From an uncultured Clostridia bacterium (GTDB taxonomy: Bacteria; Bacillota; Clostridia; RUG12999), in contig CAMNSU010000005.1 in assembly GCA_946555455.1 (NCBI GenBank), forward strand, positions 2,436 to 66,435: a stretch of DNA of 64,000 bases. Direction: 5' to 3'. Of the stretch, positions 54,894 through 64,000 are shown piece after piece. A program made the translations under genes and the position numbers. Below the pieces are notes generated by a model. It did no database searches. It worked only from the letters and a program-made list of their open reading frames with translations, and was not told the DNA's origin. How positions within the stretch are numbered: position 1 is the stretch's first letter; each line of letters begins with the position of its first letter.

Positions 54894-57800
54894 TTGTATT
54901 TCAAAGCACTGGAAGCGCAGGGGTTCAAATCCTTTGCCGATAAAGTTAAGCTGGAATTTAAGCCGGGTATCACCGCCGTTGTAGGGCCGAACGGCAGCGG
55001 CAAAAGCAACATTTCCGACGCACTCCGCTGGGTGATGGGGGAAATGAGCGCAAAAACGCTGCGCGGTTCCAAAATGGAGGACGTTATTTTTTCCGGCACG
55101 CAAACGCGTAAACCTGTCGGATTCGCGGAGGTCACAATTGTCATGGACAACAGCGACCGTTCCATGCCGCTGGATTTCGAGGAAATCAGCGTCACGCGCC
55201 GCGTCTACCGCTCCGGCGAAAGTGAATATCTCATTAACAAGTCTCCCTGCCGCTTGAAAGATATCTATGAACTTTTCATGGATACCGGTCTGGGACGAGA
55301 TGGTTATTCCAACGTGGGGCAGGGAAAGATTGACGAAATCATCAGCGCCAAATCGACCGACCGCCGCCACATTTTTGACGAAGCCGCCGGTATTACCAAA
55401 TACCGTTACAAAAAAGACGAAGCGGTGAAAAAACTGGGACAGTCGGAGGACAACATTCTGCGCGTCAGCGATATTTTGGCGGAAATCGAAGGGCGCATCG
55501 GTCCGCTGAAAGCGCAGAGCGAAAAGGCGAAAAAATATCTGGCGCTGCGGGAAAACCAAAAAGAATTGGAAGTCAATGTATGGCTGCATGATATTGACAA
55601 AACGGAATCTTCGCTGAAACAAGTGGCAGAAAAAATCGCCATTGTCGAAGGGCAAATGCAGGAAAGCACCAACAAAAATCAAGCGGCGGAAACGCAGGCG
55701 GAACAAATCAAGCAGCAGCTTCGCGAACTGGACGCGGAGATGGACAGTCACCGTGCCGCCGCCTACAGCGCGGGCAACGAAGCCGTTCGTTTGGAAGGCG
55801 AAATCAATGTTCTGCGCACCAATATTGAAAATCATAAAAACACCATTGCACGGCGCAGTGCAGAAAAAAGCATACAGTTGGAACGGATATCCGCCCTGAC
55901 GCAGACGCTTCAGGAACGCAGCGCCCAGTTGGATACGCACACTGCCGCGTTGACGGAAGGCGAGGCGCAGCTTGCGGCATTGGAGACGCAGCTTGCAGCA
56001 GATACTGCGTCGCTGCACGAATTAGAAACGCAGTTGGAAACCGTTCGCAGTTCCATTTTGGAGAAGAAAGAACAACGTTCTGCGAATCTTGCGCAAATCA
56101 CCGGAAGCACGGAACTATCCAACACGCTGAAAGAGCGTCTAGAGGAACTGCAATCCCAAAAAACAGACGCTGAAAATGCATTGGCGCAGGGCCGGCAAAC
56201 CTTGCTGGCATTAGAAGAAGCCTATCAAAAATTGCAGCAGGAACAGCAGGACGCGGCGGCGGCATATCAGGAAAAAGAGACAAGCAGCCGTCAGGCACAG
56301 ACCGCCCATACACAGCTATTACGTCAGCGGGAAACTGCGCAGACGGAATATAACACCCTCTCCAACAAAAAACATGTCTTGGAGGAATTGGAAAAAGACT
56401 ATGACGGCTATTCCCGCAGCGTAAAAGCTGTCATGACGGAATATAAACGCGGCAGTCTGCAAAAACGGCAGATTTACGGCCCTGTTTCCAGTCTGATTGA
56501 AACAGACGCGAAAACCACCGTTGCCATCGAAACCGCGTTGGGCGGTGCCATGAACCACATTATTGTGGACGCGCCGCAGGACGCAAAAGCAGCAATTGCC
56601 TATTTGAAACAGTCCGGCAAAGGGCGTGTCACGTTTTTGCCAGTCAGCGAAATGAAACCGTTGACGCTGCAAAACGCCGGACAGGCGCAAAGCGCGGAAG
56701 GGTATATTGGTATCGCCGCCGATTTGGTGAAAACGCAAGACCGGTTCAGCGGCATTATCCGCAATCTGTTGGGACGCACGGTTGTGATGGACACCATTGA
56801 CCACGCCATTGCGCTGGCAAAGGCAACCGGACACCGCATGAAAATTGTGACGCTGCAAGGCGACCTACTCAATCCGGGCGGGTCTATGACGGGCGGCAGT
56901 GTGAACCGCGTCAGCGGCGCATTGTCCCGCAGCGCCGGAATCAAAGAATTGGAACAATCCATCGCCGTATTGTCCGAACAACTCCTACAGTTCGACAAAC
57001 AGCTTCCCGTGTTAAAATCACAGGCGGAAGCAGCGGCGGCGGCGGCGGCAGAAAGTCAGCGGACATTTTTTGAAAGCAAAAACCGCTGTACCACCGGCGA
57101 AATGGAATGTACACACGCGCAGCAACAGCTTCGGCAACTGGAAACGGCATGTCAAAATTTGGAATCCGAATGGAGCTCCATTGTCACACGCACCGGACGC
57201 GCCGACCAAACGGCGGACGCGTTGGCGCAGCAAAACGATACGCTGGCGGCTGAACTGGAAACCTTGGAACAACAAAGCGCTGCTCTTGTGCTGAAACAGA
57301 CGGAATGCACAGACGCTTGCAGCAAACAGCAGGACGCCATCAATGAACAAAAGCTGCACTTGAACAGTTTGCAGCACGACCGTCAGCTTTGTCTAGAACG
57401 GAAACAGGACACCGAAGCAGAATTATCCTCCCTGCAATCCGGTATACAAAACGGCGAAGCGGAAACCGCGCAGCTATCGGCAGAAATGGAGAAATTCTCT
57501 CAGACGATTTCTCAAAATGAGCAAGAAATGCAGCGGCTGCGTGAAAATAAAACAAAAACAGAGGCTGCGCTGGAGGAACTATCGCAAAAACGCAGCGCGA
57601 TTGATACCAAACTGGATGAAATTGATGTGCAGGTGCGGGAATATCATGAGGAACAACTGAAACTGCAAGCGGAACTGCTCCGTGTGCAGGGACAGCAGGA
57701 AAAACTGCTTTCCACCAAAGACGATATTTTGGCGAAACTTTGGGATTCCTATGAACTCACCTATTCCACTGCCGCGCCGCTGCGGCGGGATGTGGAGGAT

Positions 57801-58466
57801 TTTTCCGCCTACCGCAAACAGCTTTTGGACGTGCGGCAGCAAATTAAACTGCTCGGTCCTATCAATGTGGACGCCATTGAAGAATATACGCAGGTCAAAG
57901 AACGCTATGAATTCATGAGCAAGCAATTGGAGGATTTGGTGGAAGCGAAACGCAGTTTGGAATCGTTGATTGAAGAAATGACGCAGACCATGACGGAACT
58001 GTTTGAAGAACATTTCAGCAAACTGTGCGTCACGTTCCAAAAAACGTTCCGCGACCTGTTCGGCGGCGGTCACGCGCAGCTTCGGCTCAGCGACCCCGAG
58101 GACGTTTTGGGCAGCGGCATTGAAATTGACGTGCAGCCGCCCGGCAAAAAACTGCAAAGTATCACGTTGCTCTCCGGCGGTGAAAAAGCGTTTACGGCAA
58201 TCGCTCTCATCTTTTCGATTTTGCAAATCCGTCCGACTTATTTTTGCATTTTCGATGAAATCGAAGCAGCGCTTGATGATGTAAACGTGTTCCGGTTTGC
58301 AGATTATTTGAAAAACTTTTCCAAGCACACGCAGTTTATCGTTATCACGCACCGAAAAGGCACCATGGAAGCCGCTGACACGCTCTATGGGGTCACCATG
58401 CAGGAAAAAGGCGTAACCAGCCTGCTTTCCATTGATATCAGCGATAAACTCGCGGCAGCGCAATAA
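54894..58466 (+). CDS. smc: Chromosome partition protein SMC
   Basis: TTG start with an AGGAAGTGG RBS. Walker A reads GPNGSGKSNISDA. Long coiled coils flank a hinge, and the C-terminal signature is LSGGEKAFTAIALIFSI with Walker B near D1105. 1190 aa. Confidence 0.95.
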   Translation: MYFKALEAQGFKSFADKVKLEFKPGITAVVGPNGSGKSNISDALRWVMGEMSAKTLRGSKMEDVIFSGTQTRKPVGFAEVTIVMDNSDRSMPLDFEEISVTRRVYRSGESEYLINKSPCRLKDIYELFMDTGLGRDGYSNVGQGKIDEIISAKSTDRRHIFDEAAGITKYRYKKDEAVKKLGQSEDNILRVSDILAEIEGRIGPLKAQSEKAKKYLALRENQKELEVNVWLHDIDKTESSLKQVAEKIAIVEGQMQESTNKNQAAETQAEQIKQQLRELDAEMDSHRAAAYSAGNEAVRLEGEINVLRTNIENHKNTIARRSAEKSIQLERISALTQTLQERSAQLDTHTAALTEGEAQLAALETQLAADTASLHELETQLETVRSSILEKKEQRSANLAQITGSTELSNTLKERLEELQSQKTDAENALAQGRQTLLALEEAYQKLQQEQQDAAAAYQEKETSSRQAQTAHTQLLRQRETAQTEYNTLSNKKHVLEELEKDYDGYSRSVKAVMTEYKRGSLQKRQIYGPVSSLIETDAKTTVAIETALGGAMNHIIVDAPQDAKAAIAYLKQSGKGRVTFLPVSEMKPLTLQNAGQAQSAEGYIGIAADLVKTQDRFSGIIRNLLGRTVVMDTIDHAIALAKATGHRMKIVTLQGDLLNPGGSMTGGSVNRVSGALSRSAGIKELEQSIAVLSEQLLQFDKQLPVLKSQAEAAAAAAAESQRTFFESKNRCTTGEMECTHAQQQLRQLETACQNLESEWSSIVTRTGRADQTADALAQQNDTLAAELETLEQQSAALVLKQTECTDACSKQQDAINEQKLHLNSLQHDRQLCLERKQDTEAELSSLQSGIQNGEAETAQLSAEMEKFSQTISQNEQEMQRLRENKTKTEAALEELSQKRSAIDTKLDEIDVQVREYHEEQLKLQAELLRVQGQQEKLLSTKDDILAKLWDSYELTYSTAAPLRRDVEDFSAYRKQLLDVRQQIKLLGPINVDAIEEYTQVKERYEFMSKQLEDLVEAKRSLESLIEEMTQTMTELFEEHFSKLCVTFQKTFRDLFGGGHAQLRLSDPEDVLGSGIEIDVQPPGKKLQSITLLSGGEKAFTAIALIFSILQIRPTYFCIFDEIEAALDDVNVFRFADYLKNFSKHTQFIVITHRKGTMEAADTLYGVTMQEKGVTSLLSIDISDKLAAAQ

Positions 58467-58495
58467 CTATAAAGCAGGAAAGGAAGCACAAAGTC

Positions 58496-59467
58496 ATGGG
58501 ATTTTTTGATAAACTCAAGGAAGGACTTACAAAAACAAAACAAGTGTTCACCGAGCGCGTTGAACAGGTGTTTCACCAGTTCAAAAAAGTGGACGACGAA
58601 CTGTTTGACGAACTGGAGGAAGCGCTCATTATCGCAGACGTCGGCGCAGAAACGGCAATGGACATCATTGACCGGCTGCGCGACGCGGCAAAAGAGAAAA
58701 AAATTACCGAAGGCGCAGATTTGAAAACAGAATTGCAGGCTATTATCACCGAATTCTTGGTAGAACATGCGCCGGAGGAATCGGAATCCGCTTCCCCGCT
58801 GACCATTTATCTGATTATCGGCGTCAACGGCGTAGGCAAAACCACCAGCATTGGAAAACTGGCGGCAAAATTCAAAGCAGACGGTAAAAATGTGTTGCTG
58901 GCGGCAGCGGATACCTTCCGCGCAGCAGCAACGGAACAACTCAAAATCTGGGGAGACCGCGCAGGCGTGGAGGTAATTTCTCACGGTGAGGGCAGCGACC
59001 CTGCGGCAGTTGTGTTTGACGCGGTAAATGCGGCAAAATCCCGCGGCTGTGACATTCTGATTGTGGACACGGCAGGGCGGCTGCACAACAAAAAGAACCT
59101 CATGGCGGAACTGCAAAAAATTCTGAAAGTGGCAGACCGCGAAGCGCCGGACGCCAAAAAAGAAACGCTGCTTGTTCTGGACGCAACTACCGGACAAAAT
59201 GCTCTTTCACAAGCGAAAACGTTCGGTGAGATTGCAGAGATTACCGGACTGATTTTAACCAAATTGGACGGCAGCGCCAAAGGCGGCGTTGTCATTGCCA
59301 TCAGTCATGAACAGCATTTGCCTGTGAAATTTATCGGCGTGGGCGAAGGGATTGACCATTTGCAGGAATTCAATCCGCAGGAATTTGCTGCCGCATTGTT
59401 TGAAGCTGCGCTGACGGAAGAATCTCCGGCGCAGGAACCGCCCGAAGAGGGTGAACCCGCGGAATAA
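58496..59467 (+). CDS. ftsY: Signal recognition particle receptor
   Basis: The NG domain shows [20 protein letters not shown] and [10 protein letters not shown]. Confidence 0.95.
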   Translation: MGFFDKLKEGLTKTKQVFTERVEQVFHQFKKVDDELFDELEEALIIADVGAETAMDIIDRLRDAAKEKKITEGADLKTELQAIITEFLVEHAPEESESASPLTIYLIIGVNGVGKTTSIGKLAAKFKADGKNVLLAAADTFRAAATEQLKIWGDRAGVEVISHGEGSDPAAVVFDAVNAAKSRGCDILIVDTAGRLHNKKNLMAELQKILKVADREAPDAKKETLLVLDATTGQNALSQAKTFGEIAEITGLILTKLDGSAKGGVVIAISHEQHLPVKFIGVGEGIDHLQEFNPQEFAAALFEAALTEESPAQEPPEEGEPAE

Positions 59468-59499
59468 AGTCCCGCGGCGAATAGAAAGGAAGGATTTAT

Positions 59500-62298
59500 T
59501 TGGCTTCCAAAGCAAAAAAAATTACCATTGGCGCGGCGGCGGGAATCGCTGTGATTCTGCTCGGCATTTGGATTGCTGCGTTTTATCTGAACTATCTGGA
59601 CATTTACGAGGTAGGCGCGCAGTATACCAAAGTATTCTGGGTGAATTTCTCCATCAGTTTGCTGGCACGTGTCAGCGCGTTTGCCGCAATTTTTATTCTG
59701 GCAGTCATCACCAACATGGTGCTGCGCCGCAACTTGCTCAAATGGGAGCAAACCAGCGGCTTTTTAACCAAGCGGTCGCATTTCATCATTATGAGTCTGC
59801 TGATTGCTATTGTCGGCGCGTCGTTTATCGACCAGAATATTTACACAACCGTTCTCACAGCGTTTAACCCCTCTTGGTTTGCGGAAAACGACCCCATTTT
59901 GCATAAAAATATCGGATACTATGTCTTTCAGCGTCCCCTGTTTATGCAGCTCACGCAGACATTGCTGGGACTTTCCATTTTTCTGGCGGTATATGTTTTC
60001 GCCATTGTCCTGCTCTACTATGTGCGCAACGGCATCAAACACCCTTCGGAACTGCTGAAACAAAGAGGCATTATCATTGAACTGACTGTCCATGTGCTGC
60101 TTTGTTTTTTGATTTCCGCCTATAACTTCCATTTTCAGGCAGAGGAACTGCTGTTTAAACCAAACGGAGACGTGATAGGCGGCGGCTATACCGACATGGT
60201 GGTGTGGTTGAATTTCTACCGTATCATGCCCTATGCGCTGATTGTGATTGTAGTCGGTTGTATTTGGTTTTTGCTGCGCGGGCAATTCAAACGTTTGCTG
60301 GTCTGCGCCGCATGTTATCCGGCAGCATGGGTGCTTATCGGCGCTATTTCCATCTGTGTGCAAAATTTTGCGGTGTTCCCCAACGAAGCGGCAATGGAAC
60401 GCCCCTATATCCGGCACAACATTGATGCTACGCTGCAGGCATATAATCTCACGGACACGCAGGATTTGGAATATCCCCTGTCCGACACGCTGGACCCGGA
60501 AAGCATTTCACAGGATACGCTGGACAATATCCGCATTGCAGATTATCAGGCGACGCTTACCGCGTACAACCAATTGCAGGGTATCCGCAGCTACTACCAA
60601 TTCAAAGATGTGGACGTCATTCCCTATCAGACAACAGACGGCAAACGCAAGTCCGCGTTCATTTCCGTCCGCGAAATGCAGCCGGCTACGTCAACCAGCA
60701 AAATGACCTATGTCAACGAAAAAATGCGTTTCACGCATGGTTATGGGCTTGTGATGAGTCCCACCAACCGCGTCACGGCGGAAGGACAGCCGGATTTTCT
60801 GGTGAAAGATATTCCTGTGCAGCTCACGACAGACGAACTGCCGGCTATCACGGAACCGCGTATCTATTTCGGCGAAATCAACAGCGATTCCTATACGCTC
60901 GTGAATACGGCGCAAAAAGAACTGGATTTTGCAGAAGGTCAAACGGAAAACGAATACAGCTACCAAGGACCTGCCGGCATTGAAATGACCGCGCTCAACC
61001 GTCTGCTTTTTGCCATCAAATATATGGATATGAACTTGGTGACTTCACAGTATATCAACGCGGACAGCCGTATGCTGCTCAACCGCAATGTAGTAGACCG
61101 CGTGCGCAACGTGGTTCCGTTTATTTCCTTTGATGATGACGTGCATATCACCGTTACCAATGACGGACGGCTGAAATGGGTGGTGGACGGCTATACCTCC
61201 ACGGAATATTATCCCTATTCTCAAATGACGGACGGACGCAACTATATCCGCAATTCCGTCAAAGCGCTGGTGGACGCCTACAGCGGCACGGTGGATATCT
61301 ACATCATCGACCACAGCGACCCCATTATGCAGACCTATAATAAAGTCTATCCGGGCATATTCAAAACAGAACCGCTCCCCTATGATGTGGCGCTGCAAAT
61401 CAAATATCCCGAAAAACTGTTTCAGGTGCAGGCAAATATCTATAAAAAATATCATACCACCGACCCTGCAACGTTTTATGCGCAGTCGGACGTATGGGAA
61501 ATTGCCCGCGAAAAATATGGCAGCAAAAGCGAAATTCAGGCAATTGCGCCCTATTATAATTTTGTAGATATCAACGGAAATGCGGAATTTATGCTGATGG
61601 TGCCCTATACGCTGAACAACAAGGATACCAATTTGGTAGGCTGGATTGGCGTGATGTCGGACGGTGAGAATTACGGAAAAATGGTGTCCTATAAATTCCC
61701 CAAAGGCAAGCATGTCTATGGAACGCTGCAAATTGAAAACAAAATTGACAACGACCCCAATATTTCCAGAGAATTGACGCTCTGGGGACAGGGCGGTTCC
61801 AATGTCATGCGGGGCAATTTGCTGGTGATTCCCATTAAGGATTCCATTGTCTATGTGGAGCCTGTGTATATCACGTCGCAAAACAGCGCAGGACTGCCGG
61901 AGGTCAAACGCGTTATTCTGGCATACGGAGACACTGTTGTGATGGAACCAACACTGGAAGCCGCATTTGAAGCTATGTTTAATGCAAATCCGCAAATGCC
62001 TGAAACCAATGAAGAAACGCCGCCGGAACAAGTGCAGCCGGTCAACGAAGATTTATATTCTCTGTCGCAGAAATTGACGGAAAAATATAATCAGGCAAAA
62101 CAGTTCATGAGTGAAAACGATTGGGAGAACTATGGAAAGACCATGAAGGAAGTGGACGCGATTGTCAAAGATATGCAGCGTCTGAACGAGGAAATCGCCC
62201 AGCAACAGCCGGCTGTAACGCCGCCTGCACAAAGCGATTCACCAATCGACGCTCCCACACCTTCACCCACGCCGGAGGAACCGGCTATGACTTGGTAA
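59500..62298 (+). CDS. UPF0182-family large membrane protein
   Basis: 932 aa. An N-terminal block of ~7 TM helices is followed by a large extracytoplasmic region. The domain architecture matches the UPF0182 family. Confidence 0.65.
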   Translation: MASKAKKITIGAAAGIAVILLGIWIAAFYLNYLDIYEVGAQYTKVFWVNFSISLLARVSAFAAIFILAVITNMVLRRNLLKWEQTSGFLTKRSHFIIMSLLIAIVGASFIDQNIYTTVLTAFNPSWFAENDPILHKNIGYYVFQRPLFMQLTQTLLGLSIFLAVYVFAIVLLYYVRNGIKHPSELLKQRGIIIELTVHVLLCFLISAYNFHFQAEELLFKPNGDVIGGGYTDMVVWLNFYRIMPYALIVIVVGCIWFLLRGQFKRLLVCAACYPAAWVLIGAISICVQNFAVFPNEAAMERPYIRHNIDATLQAYNLTDTQDLEYPLSDTLDPESISQDTLDNIRIADYQATLTAYNQLQGIRSYYQFKDVDVIPYQTTDGKRKSAFISVREMQPATSTSKMTYVNEKMRFTHGYGLVMSPTNRVTAEGQPDFLVKDIPVQLTTDELPAITEPRIYFGEINSDSYTLVNTAQKELDFAEGQTENEYSYQGPAGIEMTALNRLLFAIKYMDMNLVTSQYINADSRMLLNRNVVDRVRNVVPFISFDDDVHITVTNDGRLKWVVDGYTSTEYYPYSQMTDGRNYIRNSVKALVDAYSGTVDIYIIDHSDPIMQTYNKVYPGIFKTEPLPYDVALQIKYPEKLFQVQANIYKKYHTTDPATFYAQSDVWEIAREKYGSKSEIQAIAPYYNFVDINGNAEFMLMVPYTLNNKDTNLVGWIGVMSDGENYGKMVSYKFPKGKHVYGTLQIENKIDNDPNISRELTLWGQGGSNVMRGNLLVIPIKDSIVYVEPVYITSQNSAGLPEVKRVILAYGDTVVMEPTLEAAFEAMFNANPQMPETNEETPPEQVQPVNEDLYSLSQKLTEKYNQAKQFMSENDWENYGKTMKEVDAIVKDMQRLNEEIAQQQPAVTPPAQSDSPIDAPTPSPTPEEPAMTW

Positions 62299-62331
62299 AT
62301 GAAATCGGTGTGAATCCTTTTACTAATCTAT

Positions 62332-62379
62332 AAAAAAAGGTATTTTGAGAGTTATATAACTTTCAAAATACCTTTTTTA
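62332..62379. terminator. Bidirectional rho-independent terminator
   Basis: AAAAAAAGGTATTTTGA-gagttatataac-TTTCAAAATACCTTTTTTAT. Confidence 0.85.
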
Positions 62380-62391
62380 TTACGAAAATCT

Positions 62392-62862
62392 TTATTTTTT
62401 ATACTTAATTATCATTTCTGTGGCACCACATTTACATCGTTTCTTCTTTTCCACACATGACACATGATATATTCTATGGCATATGCTACATTCAGCAATA
62501 TTTTCTTTATTTACAAAATTCTTTTCACACCAACCACAAGTGGAATATACTATTTTTTCTTGTGTGCTGCTTTCTCTCTTTTTGTCATCTTTCTTAAATT
62601 CAGACAACGCACCTAACCTCTTAATCTTATAATGGGCATGAACATTGATAATAATAATTGCAATTCCATAAATAAACATTGCTGAAATATTACCATTCAT
62701 AAGCCCTCCAAGCATAACTAGCGCCGCAAATATGGAAACGCTTACTTTAGCAATATTATATCTTTCTCTGCAAAATAGTAGAAATACAAAATATAGTGCA
62801 AGAATTATACCAATTTGCGTCATCCCTTGTATTGTTATATTAATTATTTCCCCCATTTGCAT
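62392..62862 (-). CDS. Small membrane protein (3 TM) with C-terminal Cys/His zinc-finger-like tail; gene is markedly AT-rich
   Basis: 156 aa with a GAGG RBS. The C-terminus reads CGWCEKNFVNKENIAECSICHRIYHVSCVEKKKRCKCG. By eye the local GC is about 30-35%, against about 55% in the flanking genes. Confidence 0.6.
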   Translation of the reverse strand: MQMGEIINITIQGMTQIGIILALYFVFLLFCRERYNIAKVSVSIFAALVMLGGLMNGNISAMFIYGIAIIIINVHAHYKIKRLGALSEFKKDDKKRESSTQEKIVYSTCGWCEKNFVNKENIAECSICHRIYHVSCVEKKKRCKCGATEMIIKYKK

Positions 62863-62890
62863 TACCTCTTTTGCACAAAATTCTCCTCAC

Positions 62891-64000
62891 TTACGGTCTG
62901 GGGCTGCCGCATTCGCTGCAGAACTTTCCTTTGTTTTCTGCACCGCACGCACAAGTCCATCCTTCCTCCGGACGTGGTTTGCCACATTCACCGCAGAATT
63001 TCCCTGCATTCTTTGTACCGCACGCGCACACCCATTCCGCTTCCGTCTTGGGTTTTTCCAGTCCGCATTCACTACAGAACTTTCCTGCATTTTCCGCACC
63101 GCACGCGCATTTCCATGTATCCGCTTCCTTCTGCACCGTTTCAGGCTGCGGTGCGGCAGACTGCGGCGCCGCTTGCTGCGTTTGCTGCTGCATCATTTGC
63201 CCCATCTGGTTCATTGCCTGCACGCCAAACGCCATGCCCATCATATCCATTCCGCTTGTACCGGCGGACTGTTTACCCATGTTTTCAAATGCGGTTGCCT
63301 GTGCGCTCGTCATGCGTCCCTGCATTGCCGCCTGATTGCTGCCCAGCATGGTCGCGTTGTCGAACTGTTCAATCCGTTCTCTGGATTTATCGTCGGGCGT
63401 GATTTTGTTGATACCCACCGAAATAATTTCCAGTCCGCGCAGCTGCCGCCATGATTCGTCCAGTGCTTCGTTCATATAATTGGCAAGCTCCATCTGTTTG
63501 GAGGGCAGCATACTAAACTTCACGCCGTCCGTCGCCAATTTGGACATTGCCGTATCCAGCGCGCCATAGAACTCTGTATCGCTTTGTTCCTGCAATTGGC
63601 TGGCGCGGTATTCTTTGTCCACATTTCCGGCAACCGCTGTATAGAGACGCAGCGGGTCGGTCACTTTGAAACTGTATACGCCGAAATAGCGGACGTATAA
63701 CACGGTTTTATAGTAGGGGTCGTCATAGGGCATAGGCTGCGCCGACCCAAATTTGTTGCCGACAATTTCCTTGAGATTCACATAATATACCCGCTGGTCT
63801 TTTCCGGTCTCTCCGCCAAGCGCAAACCGTTTCCCAACCTCCTGAAAAGTTCTGGTCAGCGCATTGCCGAAACTGCCGGAAAACAGCGACGGTTCCGTTT
63901 TGAAATCATAACGGTATCCGCCCGGTTCGCAGGTAAAATCAACGATTTTACCGTTCTCCACCACCAGCATAGCCTGTCCTTCATTGACCGCAATCATAGA
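62891..64000 (-). CDS. SPFH/band-7-domain protein with three tandem C-terminal zinc-ribbon repeats; N-terminus beyond the window
   Basis: The SPFH-like body (..LVVENGKIVDF..YYVNLKEIVGNKFG..) is followed by a Q/M-rich linker. The three C-terminal repeats are W[KVT]CACG[AT][EK]N[AK]GKFC[SG]ECG. Confidence 0.7.
   Translation of the reverse strand, partial: SMIAVNEGQAMLVVENGKIVDFTCEPGGYRYDFKTEPSLFSGSFGNALTRTFQEVGKRFALGGETGKDQRVYYVNLKEIVGNKFGSAQPMPYDDPYYKTVLYVRYFGVYSFKVTDPLRLYTAVAGNVDKEYRASQLQEQSDTEFYGALDTAMSKLATDGVKFSMLPSKQMELANYMNEALDESWRQLRGLEIISVGINKITPDDKSRERIEQFDNATMLGSNQAAMQGRMTSAQATAFENMGKQSAGTSGMDMMGMAFGVQAMNQMGQMMQQQTQQAAPQSAAPQPETVQKEADTWKCACGAENAGKFCSECGLEKPKTEAEWVCACGTKNAGKFCGECGKPRPEEGWTCACGAENKGKFCSECGSPRP
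62894..63118 (-). repeat. Three imperfect ~75-nt tandem DNA repeats encoding the zinc-ribbon triplet
   Basis: The units begin GCATTCGCTGCAGAACTTTCC.. / ACATTCACCGCAGAATTTCCC.. / GCATTCACTACAGAACTTTCC.. Confidence 0.75.

Noticed and set aside
1-64000. CRISPR arrays, tRNA/rRNA genes, transposases/integrases, prophage or classical defence-system genes
   Set aside because: No direct-repeat or spacer periodicity was seen. All gaps of 90 nt or more were read and contain only promoters, terminators or hairpins. No recombinase, nuclease or ATPase ORFs are present beyond the housekeeping ones (FtsH, SMC).

Overview
This 64 kb window looks like a Clostridia-type (Firmicutes, probably Oscillospiraceae or Ruminococcaceae-like) chromosome with roughly 50-55% GC. 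That placement is an inference from gene content such as the ispH-rpsA fusion, SLH proteins, and the dgt-dnaG-sigA and cmk-plsC-rpsA operons. The window is almost entirely coding, with about 39 protein genes and no rRNA, tRNA, CRISPR array, transposase or integrase that I could find. About two thirds is core housekeeping (ftsH, gltX, murA, paaK-iorAB, nif3, trmK, sigA, dnaG, dgt, ispH-rpsA, plsC, cmk, smc, ftsY, UPF0182). Three stretches look accessory. (1) Positions 1-20318 hold a monoderm-style polysaccharide-utilisation locus: two heparinase II/III-like lyases (one secreted, one cytoplasmic), three S-layer-homology (SLH) surface proteins including a 1507-aa giant with a tandem-duplicated module, two paralogous lipoprotein solute-binding proteins without permeases, and a one-component transmembrane AraC regulator. 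(2) Positions 22720-30178 hold a 1657-aa secreted alpha-2-macroglobulin-like protein without a thioester, next to a small-secreted-protein/OmpR-RR/HK operon containing two perfect palindromes. (3) Positions 62392-64000 hold a low-GC small zinc-finger membrane protein downstream of an SPFH protein with a triplicated zinc ribbon. One further point of interest is that a conserved ~32-nt palindromic leader motif appears three times: upstream of the AraC gene, in the paaK-iorA spacer, and upstream of the SSS-paaK-iorAB-ACT operon. All calls rest on reading the translations and DNA by eye. No database search or HMM run was possible.
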